Shown here: positions 18,331 to 27,217 of the stretch, piece after piece | Numbering within the stretch: the stretch's first letter is position 1 | How the letters are laid out: the number at the start of each line of letters is the position of its first letter | Assembly: GCA_039920305.1 (NCBI GenBank) | Contig: JBDSEA010000035.1 | Coordinates: 1-43,481, forward strand | From: Chitinophagales bacterium | GTDB taxonomy: Bacteria; Bacteroidota; Bacteroidia; Chitinophagales; UBA10324 | Direction: 5' to 3' | DNA: 43,481 nt | The notes under the pieces: model-generated | Seen by the model: the letters and a program-made list of their open reading frames with translations, nothing else | Database searches by the model: none | Told to the model about the DNA's origin: nothing | Program-made: the position numbers and the translations under genes

Positions 18331-19466
18331 TGCACCATTCTTCCCTTCCATTTTACTTTGAACAAATTTCCTGCAAATCCTATCACTGCAATATAAAAAA
18401 TATGAAGAATCTCAATAGGCAGGAATAAATACATCAGCTTTTTGCGCTCATAATATTTACTCACAAGATTTAAAAAAATAAAATCCAGAATTAATTTCAG
18501 GACCACCTGAAAAATGCATATAGCAATGAGTGTTTGCATTATACACAAAAGTACAAGTGACGTTAAAACAGAAACATTGAACAGATAAACCAATAACAGG
18601 TTGACTGTAATTTTTATATCACTGTATGACGCGGATTTCGAAGCCCATCGCATCCTTTGCCTGATGTACGATTTTACAGTCAGTTGAGGCAGGGTAAATA
18701 CTGCTGCATTTTGATTTTTAAGAAAGAGAACACCATCATTCCACCGATTTGCCATCTTATGCATCAGCAACATGTCATCACCGGAAGTTATTTCAGAAAT
18801 TCCATAGTAGCCATTTACATCATAAAATGATTTTTTCCGAAAAGCAAGGTTGGCACCATTACACATAGTTGGAAACATCATCCGGATAGTCGCCCCCGTA
18901 ATTCCCGCCATGCCAATGAGATCGAGTGACTGAAATTTTTCAAAGAAATTTTTTTCATCCTTTATCATTACCGGGCCCAGGATCATGTGACACCCTGTGG
19001 TTTCATAAAAATCAACAATGGTGGACAGCCAGGCTGAATTCACCCTGCAATCAGCATCAGTGGTAATAATCAGCTCACCGGCTGATGCTGCAATACCTGC
19101 CTCGAGCGATTTTTTCTTGTAACTGAATATTTTTTCCCCACTTCCAATACAATCTTTCAGGTGAATGACCCTGATGCGGCCCGGTGAAAAGGAAGCTGCA
19201 ACAACCGAAGTGCTATCTTCAGAAAAATCATCAACCACAATGATCTCTAACAGGCCTGCCGGGTAGTTTTGGTTTAGTAAATCAGTCAGCAGATTTCCAA
19301 TGGTTGACTCCTCATTCCTTGCAGGTATTATTATGGAAACCCTGGTTCCGAAATTTTTTTCGGCCGGAATAAATTCAGATAGCCCGAGCCAGCCTTTTAT
19401 ATAAAATGCAAACAAAAGAATATAAGCAACGGTTAGCCCTGAGGCAACTACAGAATAGATAAGCAT
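18327..19466 (-). CDS. Membrane-integrated family 2 glycosyltransferase (processive/synthase-like architecture).
   Basis: An N-terminal TM is followed by GT2 motifs SIIIPARNEE, VVDDFS, TTDADC and SGDDMLL, then QRMRWA (the QxxRW motif) and about 3 C-terminal TM helices. Confidence 0.85.
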   Translation of the reverse strand: MLIYSVVASGLTVAYILLFAFYIKGWLGLSEFIPAEKNFGTRVSIIIPARNEESTIGNLLTDLLNQNYPAGLLEIIVVDDFSEDSTSVVAASFSPGRIRVIHLKDCIGSGEKIFSYKKKSLEAGIAASAGELIITTDADCRVNSAWLSTIVDFYETTGCHMILGPVMIKDEKNFFEKFQSLDLIGMAGITGATIRMMFPTMCNGANLAFRKKSFYDVNGYYGISEITSGDDMLLMHKMANRWNDGVLFLKNQNAAVFTLPQLTVKSYIRQRMRWASKSASYSDIKITVNLLLVYLFNVSVLTSLVLLCIMQTLIAICIFQVVLKLILDFIFLNLVSKYYERKKLMYLFLPIEILHIFYIAVIGFAGNLFKVKWKGRMVQ

Positions 19467-19536
19467 TATTCTATTGGAATAGAAATTTCACATCCGGGAT
19501 CCAGCTTTAAATTTTTCTGATATATCGGGAAGAAAT

Positions 19537-22500
19537 TTATCGCTGTAAAATAACGGGTAGCATCAGCATTTCCGTTTGCGTGATAACTTTCATCAGATAC
19601 ATCCCGTCAGGCTGTGAGGAAAGATCGCCTGATAAATTATCTTGATTCTTTGTAAATGTTATGCTAAGTACCTCGCCCAGCATATTACAGAGAACAACGG
19701 ATGATGTCTCCTGTGTATGCGGAATGAAAACGTTAAACGCACCATTCGTTGGATTCGGATAGGCGATAATTTCAGCGGGAATTAAAGGCTCCATCACTGA
19801 AAGAGGTGTTCCGTTTAAATTGATGTCATCTACATAAAGGTTATTTCCATGCTTGGCAATAGCGTCGAACCTTAAAAGAATTTTACTGAAAAGATTAAAA
19901 TCGGTGATGTCAATAGTCTCTTCCTTCCAGTCAGTAACAGCAGGAACATACACAGATGATTGGTATGGAACACTTGCAAGATCCTCACCTCCTTTATAAA
20001 ACAAATCCATCCAAGTTTCGCCACAATCAGCTGATATGCGGATGCGCAGTGTATCTGAGCGCTGTGGTCCATAACTGGCGTGAGCCCAATCGAATTTCAG
20101 GTGTAATGGCGGTACCATTCCCGTGAAATCAAGATAGGGTGTGGTAAGCATATCAGTTCCGGAGGTAACATCTTTGAAATTTGCTTTTGCGCTGTGCACG
20201 GAATTTCCAAAACCGCCTGCATCAGCAGTTACTGACCAAATGCTGTTGTCATTTTCAAGCGACCATCCGGCTGGGGGCATTACACCTGCTTCAAATCCTT
20301 CCTCAAATGGCAATGCAGTTCCGGTTGCCACCGTATTGAAAATTGAAGTATCAGCATCATTGATCAGGTTATTATCGCTGATTCCGTTAGGATCCAAAGT
20401 GGAGACAGCCAGAGTATGAATCCCCGCCGCGGGAATAATAGTTGAAGGCAAGGTTATGGTGGCAGAAGCAAACGGTGCAATATTCAGGTTCCAGCCGCTG
20501 ATATCAGGTATACCGCCATCAATATCATAGCTTACATTAAATGAATTAACGGAAGAAGTACCAAAATTTTTAACCTTTACCACAGGTGAAACTTCTTCCA
20601 CACAAACATCATTAACCGGATAGGTTATTGATGTTATTCCTATATCATTTACATATTGAATCGTGTTATAGAGGTCTGATTCCCAAATGCCACGACCATA
20701 AGTTGCGGCTCTCAGCTTATTAGCCCCATAATTGATTTCAAGCTCGTGAACCATTACGTTGGGTAAGCCCGTCATGTAAGCGACCCAGTCAGTAAGCGTA
20801 TTATCCCGGTAAAAGACGCCGACATCCGTTCCGGCATATATCCCATCAGAACTATTTTTCTCATACACGATGGTATTTACGGGAACATTGGGAAGAGTGC
20901 CTGAGACATTGTTCCAGGTTGCCCCGCCATCATCAGAATTGAAAATTTTATTACCGGAAGCATAACCGCTGAATGCAACCCATACATTCATTGGGTCATT
21001 GCTGCTCACTGCGATGTAATTCATCCCCACAGTACCCACTGGAAGTGTTCCGGTAATATCTACCCATGTACCTCCGGCATCAGATGAGCGCTTTATTTTG
21101 TTTAGCGCACACGCATAAACGTAATTATTGTCAGAAGTTGCAACTGCAACCCAGAAGCATTCATTGCCCAGTGAAGCATTGGTATTTGACCAGTTATTTC
21201 CCCCATTCGTTGATTTGTAAATCGCACTGCTGCCTCCATAATAAAGTATGTTGTGGTCAACAGGATCAAGGGTATATGGAGTTAGCCATGGTCCTCCTCC
21301 AGGAGAAATGGATTGAAATGTTAAGCCCCCATTGGTGGTTTTTTGCAGGCCACCATATTGAGATTCGATGTATGCAATATCTTCATCTGTATAATCCACG
21401 CGGGTTTCCATTCCATCAGCGCCGTAAACTTGCTGCCAGCTGGTGCCATCCCATTTATTGCTTCCGTTATCCTGCCAGCCGGAATACATCACATCAGGAT
21501 TTGTTTCAGAAGAACTCATACGATACATCTGTGCGATCATGAGCCCTTCACTCAGGTCACTCCAGTTAATTCCAAAATCAATGGATTTAAAAATGCCACC
21601 GTCATTACCGGAAAAAATCACCTCAGTACTACCGGGAAGAAAGCGCGCGCAATGGCCATCAGCATGAACATAATTGTTTGCCGTATGCGGGGTATAAACG
21701 GAAGCGGATTGCCACGATGTTCCGCCATTACTGGAAACCGTGGTAGTAAGGCCTGCAGCAACCAGGTAATCTTCATCAGCAGATGAAACATCAAAATCAG
21801 TATCATAATAGCCATAGAAGCTTGCATTGGGTGATTGCTTATTCTGCCATGTGAGTCCACCATCATCTGATCGCTTAAATGTTCCGCTCTCATTAAAAAT
21901 ATAAATTACGTCAGCATTGGCATCGGAGGTTTCAATTGACACCCTGCCCGTACCCGCTACATTATCAGCGAGGACGCTCCATGTCGCACCCCCATCGGTG
22001 GACCATACTACATCCTTATTGCCTGCAGAATAAACTGTATCCGGATGGGCTGTATTGAAGGCAAAATCGTAGCAGTGAGTACTATCGGCAAGCATCCAGG
22101 TAGTTCCTGCATCATTCGTATAATAAATGCCACCGCGTGTTGCAGCAAGAAGAATGTTTGATTTCGCGGGATGAATAACGAGCCGCTGTACAATTTCAAT
22201 ATTATCCTGGTTATAATTTAAGCCCGTAGGAGCCCAGGTTGTTCCACCATCCATTGATTTGAAAATTCCCGCAGTATAAACACCTCCCCAGAAATCTTTA
22301 TCACTTTGCCAGGTGGCTTCATAGCCATAACCATCACCAGTGGCCACATAAATAATACTGGAATTTGCCGGATCAATTGCAACATCAGCGGTACTGGTAA
22401 CAGGAAGAAAATCAGTGAGGGGTATCCAGCCCCCGTTGGTTGTGCTTTTCCAGACACCACCCCCGGCAGTGGCCAGATAAATAATTTCACTGCTGTTGGG

Positions 22501-22902
22501 ATCAAAGCGCACCGCATTTACCCTGCCTGCGCCGCCCCCTTTGGAAGGAACTACCGCAGTGCCAACCGGTTGCCAGTTAGAATTTCGCAGTGAATTTACC
22601 TCAGGATGATTCTGCTGATACTTTTCCCTTTCTTTGGGGGCAATAGCAGGATCAGGCATAATGCCCGTAGGAAAAGTTCGCTGTTCCATCAGCCATTCCC
22701 AGCGATGAAATTTTTCAAGTATGCCATCATTTCCTTGTTCATTCTCTGATTCAGCTCTTTGTAATTCATCCTCATCAAACTGACTGTAAAACTGATCACG
22801 AATGCTATAAAAGTTTTGAGGAACCGGTTCGGAAGCAAGTTTTATATGCTGTGCACTCACATTCAAAATGCTGAATGGAATCAGAAGTAAAAGATATTTC
22901 AT
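19537..22902 (-). CDS. Large secreted Asp-box (BNR) beta-propeller protein with C-terminal Ig-like/CARDB-like and GW-containing modules and a T9SS type-A CTD.
   Basis: It has the signal peptide MKYLLLLIPFSILNVSAQ and at least 8 Asp-boxes (SMDGGTTW, TNDAGTTW, STDGGATW, SDDGGLTW, SSNGGTSW, STNGGNNW, SSDAGGTW, SDDGGATW). The C-terminus IIAYPNPTNGAFNVFI...GMYLMKVITQ... is a T9SS CTD. Confidence 0.8.
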   Translation of the reverse strand: MKYLLLLIPFSILNVSAQHIKLASEPVPQNFYSIRDQFYSQFDEDELQRAESENEQGNDGILEKFHRWEWLMEQRTFPTGIMPDPAIAPKEREKYQQNHPEVNSLRNSNWQPVGTAVVPSKGGGAGRVNAVRFDPNSSEIIYLATAGGGVWKSTTNGGWIPLTDFLPVTSTADVAIDPANSSIIYVATGDGYGYEATWQSDKDFWGGVYTAGIFKSMDGGTTWAPTGLNYNQDNIEIVQRLVIHPAKSNILLAATRGGIYYTNDAGTTWMLADSTHCYDFAFNTAHPDTVYSAGNKDVVWSTDGGATWSVLADNVAGTGRVSIETSDANADVIYIFNESGTFKRSDDGGLTWQNKQSPNASFYGYYDTDFDVSSADEDYLVAAGLTTTVSSNGGTSWQSASVYTPHTANNYVHADGHCARFLPGSTEVIFSGNDGGIFKSIDFGINWSDLSEGLMIAQMYRMSSSETNPDVMYSGWQDNGSNKWDGTSWQQVYGADGMETRVDYTDEDIAYIESQYGGLQKTTNGGLTFQSISPGGGPWLTPYTLDPVDHNILYYGGSSAIYKSTNGGNNWSNTNASLGNECFWVAVATSDNNYVYACALNKIKRSSDAGGTWVDITGTLPVGTVGMNYIAVSSNDPMNVWVAFSGYASGNKIFNSDDGGATWNNVSGTLPNVPVNTIVYEKNSSDGIYAGTDVGVFYRDNTLTDWVAYMTGLPNVMVHELEINYGANKLRAATYGRGIWESDLYNTIQYVNDIGITSITYPVNDVCVEEVSPVVKVKNFGTSSVNSFNVSYDIDGGIPDISGWNLNIAPFASATITLPSTIIPAAGIHTLAVSTLDPNGISDNNLINDADTSIFNTVATGTALPFEEGFEAGVMPPAGWSLENDNSIWSVTADAGGFGNSVHSAKANFKDVTSGTDMLTTPYLDFTGMVPPLHLKFDWAHASYGPQRSDTLRIRISADCGETWMDLFYKGGEDLASVPYQSSVYVPAVTDWKEETIDITDFNLFSKILLRFDAIAKHGNNLYVDDINLNGTPLSVMEPLIPAEIIAYPNPTNGAFNVFIPHTQETSSVVLCNMLGEVLSITFTKNQDNLSGDLSSQPDGMYLMKVITQTEMLMLPVILQR

Positions 22903-23078
22903 GAAAGCTGTTTTGTTTTGAAATTCAATGATACAATATTGTTAGGGCGAAAAAAAATTTTACATTCCAGACTAAAAAAATTCTGCATTTTCATTTCCAT
23001 GATTGACGTACTTTATTTCACTCATGTTAATCGGCTGTTAATGTAAGTTCTTATAAAATCTCCGCTGGATTTAATATT

Positions 23079-23086
23079 TAAGTTTG
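23079..23086 (+). promoter_or_regulatory. Bacteroidota-type -7 promoter box for the TonB-dependent receptor gene.
   Basis: TAAGTTTG ends 13 nt before the ATG at 23100. Confidence 0.4.
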
Positions 23087-23099
23087 CTAAAAATTTCCT

Positions 23100-25511
23100 A
23101 TGAAGATTCTTACATTACTTCCTTTCATAGTTAATGTCTTATTATTGAGTGCCCAATCAAATACAGCAACGATAAAGGGCATTGTTTCTTCATCCACCGG
23201 CGAAAAGCTTGATGCGGCGGGAATATTTTTAGTGAGTACAAAATATAATACGATTACGGGCTCAGACGGAAGGTATGTCCTTAAATCTGTACTGCCCGGT
23301 AAATACACTCTCGCATGCAGCTATCTTGGGTATAAAAAATTCGAAAAGCAAATAAGTATTGAGGATGCGCAGACGCTTCAGCTTTCGGTAATAATGGAGC
23401 CGGATGCGCACGTACTCGATGAAACCATCATCATAGGGCAGAAGGAAGTGAATACTGTTCAGCGCATGCCTGAGACAGAAGGCACAATGGTTTATGTAGC
23501 CAAGCGCAATGATGTGATTCAGATGGACCGGCAGAACAGCAATACCGCACAGGTTGTAGCCCGGCAAATATTTGCCAAAGTACCTGGTGTTGTCATCTGG
23601 GATTTTGATGGTTCTGGCAACCAGCTCAGCGTAGCTACCCGAGGCTTGAATCCGCATCGAAGCATCGAAATGAATATGAGGCAGAATGGCTACAACATTA
23701 ATTCAGATCTCTTTGGCTATCCGGAAGCACATTATTCTCCCGCCATGGAGGGTGTTAAAAAAATTGAGGTAATAAGAGGCAGTGCATCACTTCAGTATGG
23801 ACCCCAATTCGGGGGCTTGCTAAATTTCATCATGCGGGAAGGTGATGCAGATAAAAAGCTCGTATATCAAACACAACAAACTTTTGGCTCTGATGCGCTC
23901 GTAGCAACTTTTAATTCCCTTGGTGGAACAATAGGGAAACTCAACTATTACACTTGCCTCAACTACCGCCGTTCGGATGGCTATCGGGAGAATAGTAATT
24001 ATTACAATTATACTTATTATGCTGAAGCAGGTTATAAATTCTCTGAGCATGTTTCAGCGAAGGTGGAATTCTCAAGAATGTATTATGTAGATCAGTTAGG
24101 AGGCGGTTTAACTGATTCAATGTTCTCTGAAAATCCCTATCAAAGTACCAGGTCAAGAAATTTCTTTCAGCCGAATTTCAATATTCCTGGACTTCAGCTC
24201 AATCTCAAGCTCAATGACCGCACCTCGATTTCACTTGTTTCACATTACATACTCGGGCAGCGCAACAGCGTGATGTTTATTGCTCCGCCAACAATAGGAG
24301 ATACCATTATTGCGGCAACACTGGAATATGTGCCGCGCCAGGTTGATCGTGATTATTACAATAGCTGGGCAAATGAGCTCCGGCTTCTTCACAAGTACGC
24401 GTTCTTTAAAAACAATAACATTTTATCATTCGGACTTCGTTATTCAATCAGCCGCACACACCGGCAGCAAAGGGGCACAGGATCAACAGGAACTGATTTT
24501 GATTTATCCCTTACCTCACCCTACCTGACCGATGTGGTTTTTGAAACTTACAACTATGCTGTTTTCGCTGAAAATGTTTTTCATTTTGGTGAAAAATTTT
24601 CATTAACGCCGGGTATTCGTTTAGACATTTTGAAAACACTATCATCAGGCTCAATAAATTATCTGCCTGATTTCCTTTCTTATAATAAGGTTAGAAATAT
24701 TCCTCTGCTTGGCTGTGGCGCACAATACAATCTTTCAACACATGTGAATACCTATGCAAATATTTCACAGGCCTACAAACCGGTTCTTTATTCTGATCTG
24801 GTCCCCTCTGCAACTCTTGATGTGGTAAATCCTGATTTGAAAGATTCATACGGTTACCAGGCTGACCTCGGAATTCGCGGCAGCATTAAGGATATTCTGA
24901 GATTCGATGCGGGATTTTACTATCTGTATTATGCTGACAGGGTGGGCACCATCACATTACAGGATTCTGCAGAGATGAGTTATAATTATCGCACCAACAC
25001 CGGAACCACGGAAGCCAAGGGACTGGAGGCATATCTCGAATTTCATCCGTTAAACTGGATGAAAATTAATTCCATTGGTGATGTGAGCATCTTTTCATCC
25101 ACATCTACTGATCATGCCGTTTACATAAAAGGCAATATTGTAACAGCAGGTGAGAATATTGACATCAGTGGAAATAAGCTTGAGAATGCACCGGATGTAA
25201 TTTCACGCTCAGGATTTACATGGAGCTATAAAAAATTCTCATCCACTCTGCAGTATAGTTTTACAAGCGAAATTTTCAGTGATGCCTCGAACACTGTGTC
25301 ATCATCCAATGGGATCACAGGAATTGTTCCCGCCTATGGCCTGTTCGATCTAAATGGTGTTTTTGATTTTGGAAAATTTAACGTAAAAGGCGGTATTAAT
25401 AATCTTATGAATAAAAAATACTACACCCGCCGGATAAACACTTACCCCGGCCCCGGAATACTTCCGGGCGATGGAAGAACATTTTATTTAAGCCTGGCTG
25501 CAAGGTTTTAA
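23100..25511 (+). CDS. TonB-dependent outer-membrane receptor with an N-terminal carboxypeptidase-regulatory-like domain.
   Basis: A signal peptide is followed by a CarbopepD_reg-like segment (TIKGIVSS...GSDGRYVLKSVLPGKYTL), a plug region (IEVIRGSASLQYGPQFGG), a long beta-barrel and a terminal ...LSLAARF. No SusD-like partner lies downstream. Confidence 0.9.
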   Translation: MKILTLLPFIVNVLLLSAQSNTATIKGIVSSSTGEKLDAAGIFLVSTKYNTITGSDGRYVLKSVLPGKYTLACSYLGYKKFEKQISIEDAQTLQLSVIMEPDAHVLDETIIIGQKEVNTVQRMPETEGTMVYVAKRNDVIQMDRQNSNTAQVVARQIFAKVPGVVIWDFDGSGNQLSVATRGLNPHRSIEMNMRQNGYNINSDLFGYPEAHYSPAMEGVKKIEVIRGSASLQYGPQFGGLLNFIMREGDADKKLVYQTQQTFGSDALVATFNSLGGTIGKLNYYTCLNYRRSDGYRENSNYYNYTYYAEAGYKFSEHVSAKVEFSRMYYVDQLGGGLTDSMFSENPYQSTRSRNFFQPNFNIPGLQLNLKLNDRTSISLVSHYILGQRNSVMFIAPPTIGDTIIAATLEYVPRQVDRDYYNSWANELRLLHKYAFFKNNNILSFGLRYSISRTHRQQRGTGSTGTDFDLSLTSPYLTDVVFETYNYAVFAENVFHFGEKFSLTPGIRLDILKTLSSGSINYLPDFLSYNKVRNIPLLGCGAQYNLSTHVNTYANISQAYKPVLYSDLVPSATLDVVNPDLKDSYGYQADLGIRGSIKDILRFDAGFYYLYYADRVGTITLQDSAEMSYNYRTNTGTTEAKGLEAYLEFHPLNWMKINSIGDVSIFSSTSTDHAVYIKGNIVTAGENIDISGNKLENAPDVISRSGFTWSYKKFSSTLQYSFTSEIFSDASNTVSSSNGITGIVPAYGLFDLNGVFDFGKFNVKGGINNLMNKKYYTRRINTYPGPGILPGDGRTFYLSLAARF

Positions 25512-25665
25512 TTTTTACTTTATTTCCGTAATTTATATGAGTCACATTCATGAGGTTCAAATTTATAAACTGGAATTAAATAATTATTTGATTTTTCTCT
25601 TTATCACCGCTATGTTATCAAATTCTTAATTCAACTCTTCATCATATTACGCTATTTGATCCTGC

Positions 25666-25673
25666 TATCTTTG
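25666..25673 (+). promoter_or_regulatory. Bacteroidota-type -7 promoter box for ribH.
   Basis: TATCTTTG lies 24 nt upstream of the ATG at 25697. Confidence 0.4.
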
Positions 25674-25696
25674 AAGCCTTTCATAACCAACCCACC

Positions 25697-26191
25697 ATGG
25701 CTTCCAATAAAAAAAATCTTTCCGGCGCTGCTGTTCAAAAAAATCTTGAGTTAAAAGATGCACGCATTGGCATTATAACATCAGACTGGAATAGTGAGAT
25801 CACCGGTATATTGTTTGAAGGTTGTGTTTCCTCATTGAAAGAAGCCGGGGTGAAGAAAAAAAATCTGGTGGAATTAAATGTGCCAGGCAGCTTTGAATTA
25901 CCCTCAGCCGCCAAGATGCTGGTAGAATCAAAAAAAATGGATGCCGTCATCTGTCTGGGTTGTATCATTAAGGGCGAAACACGCCATGATGAATATATCT
26001 CTCAGGCTGTAGCGAGGGGCATCATGGATCTGAACCTGCGCTATAATATTCCATTCATCTTCGGTGTTCTCACTACGGATAATATGGAACAGGCACGCGA
26101 TCGTGCAGGAGGCCAGCATGGTAACAAGGGCGTGGAAGCGGCAGCCAGTGCCATGAAAATGATGGTGATAAAAGAATCACTAAAGAAATGA
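25697..26191 (+). CDS. ribH: 6,7-dimethyl-8-ribityllumazine synthase.
   Basis: Motifs RIGIITSDWNSEIT, VPGSFELP and IFGVLTTDNMEQARDRAG match, and the 164-aa size is typical. Confidence 0.95.
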   Translation: MASNKKNLSGAAVQKNLELKDARIGIITSDWNSEITGILFEGCVSSLKEAGVKKKNLVELNVPGSFELPSAAKMLVESKKMDAVICLGCIIKGETRHDEYISQAVARGIMDLNLRYNIPFIFGVLTTDNMEQARDRAGGQHGNKGVEAAASAMKMMVIKESLKK

Positions 26192-26367
26192 TTGCTCTTA
26201 ACCAAAATAAAACACTACCCCTACAATTTCTAATTTCAACCTTCATTTACAGATAACTTCGCTCACTGCCAGGGCCGGTATTTTTCCGACTTCCCAACTG
26301 TAGCTCTCACCCCAAGTGCCGGTATTTAAATCAAAACTATTTACCTGCATTTTATAATTTCAACGGC

Positions 26368-27201
26368 GTGAAACTTTACACCATTGACACCGGCTTTTTT
26401 AAACTTGACGGTGGTGCCATGTTCGGAGTGGTTCCTAAAAATATCTGGCATGTTCTCAACCCTGCAGACGACAGGAACCTATGCACTTGGGCCATGAGAT
26501 GCTTATTGATAGAAGAAGGAAACCGATTGATCCTTATTGATTGCGGGCTTGGAAACAAACAAAGCGAAAAATTCTTTAGTTATTATGAGCCCCATGGTGA
26601 TGATTCGCTGATCACCTCACTGCTGCAGCATGGGTTTTCATCTGATGATGTCACTGATGTTTTTCTTACTCATCTGCATTTTGACCATTGCGGGGGGGCA
26701 GTTATAAGAAATGGTGAACAGCTTATCCCCGCTTTTTCAAACGCCACCTACTATTGTAACGAAAAACACTGGCAATGGGCGACCAAACCTAATTCAAGAG
26801 AACGCGCTTCATTTCTTAAGGAAAACATTTTGCCTCTGCAGGAAAGCGGTCAGCTGAAGATGATCCAAAAAGAAGATGAGGTTATACCCGGCTTCAACAT
26901 GATCTTTGTGAATGGTCATACCGAGGCGATGATGCTTCCTGTAATCCGTTATCATGACCGTACCATTGTTTATATGGCCGATCTTATTCCCTCAGCAGCC
27001 CACATTCCTGTACCCTATGTGATGGCGTACGATGTTCGCCCGTTGATTACCATTGAAGAGAAAGAAGTATTTCTGAAAATCGCCGCTGAGAATAATTACA
27101 TTCTGTTCTTCGAGCACGACCGCACTGTTGAAGCCTGCACACTCCACGTAACAGAAAGGGGTATCAGAATGAAAGAAGCAGTAAAGATCGAAGAATTGTA
27201 A
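26368..27201 (+). CDS. MBL-fold metallo-hydrolase.
   Basis: The HLHFDHCGG (HxHxDH) motif is present along with downstream His/Asp ligand positions. The start codon is GTG. Confidence 0.85.
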   Translation: MKLYTIDTGFFKLDGGAMFGVVPKNIWHVLNPADDRNLCTWAMRCLLIEEGNRLILIDCGLGNKQSEKFFSYYEPHGDDSLITSLLQHGFSSDDVTDVFLTHLHFDHCGGAVIRNGEQLIPAFSNATYYCNEKHWQWATKPNSRERASFLKENILPLQESGQLKMIQKEDEVIPGFNMIFVNGHTEAMMLPVIRYHDRTIVYMADLIPSAAHIPVPYVMAYDVRPLITIEEKEVFLKIAAENNYILFFEHDRTVEACTLHVTERGIRMKEAVKIEEL

Positions 27202-27217
27202 TTGAACGAATTACTCA

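Noticed and set aside
21066-21786. Plus-strand ORFs of 158, 147 and 74 aa antisense to the Asp-box protein gene.
   Set aside because: They overlap one another in different frames inside a well-supported 1121-aa gene. The translations are Cys/His/Arg-rich nonsense typical of antisense frames.
25512-25696. An FMN riboswitch upstream of ribH.
   Set aside because: The 185-bp leader is AT-rich and lacks the conserved GC-rich FMN-element core helices. A -7 box only 24 nt from the ATG implies a short unstructured leader.
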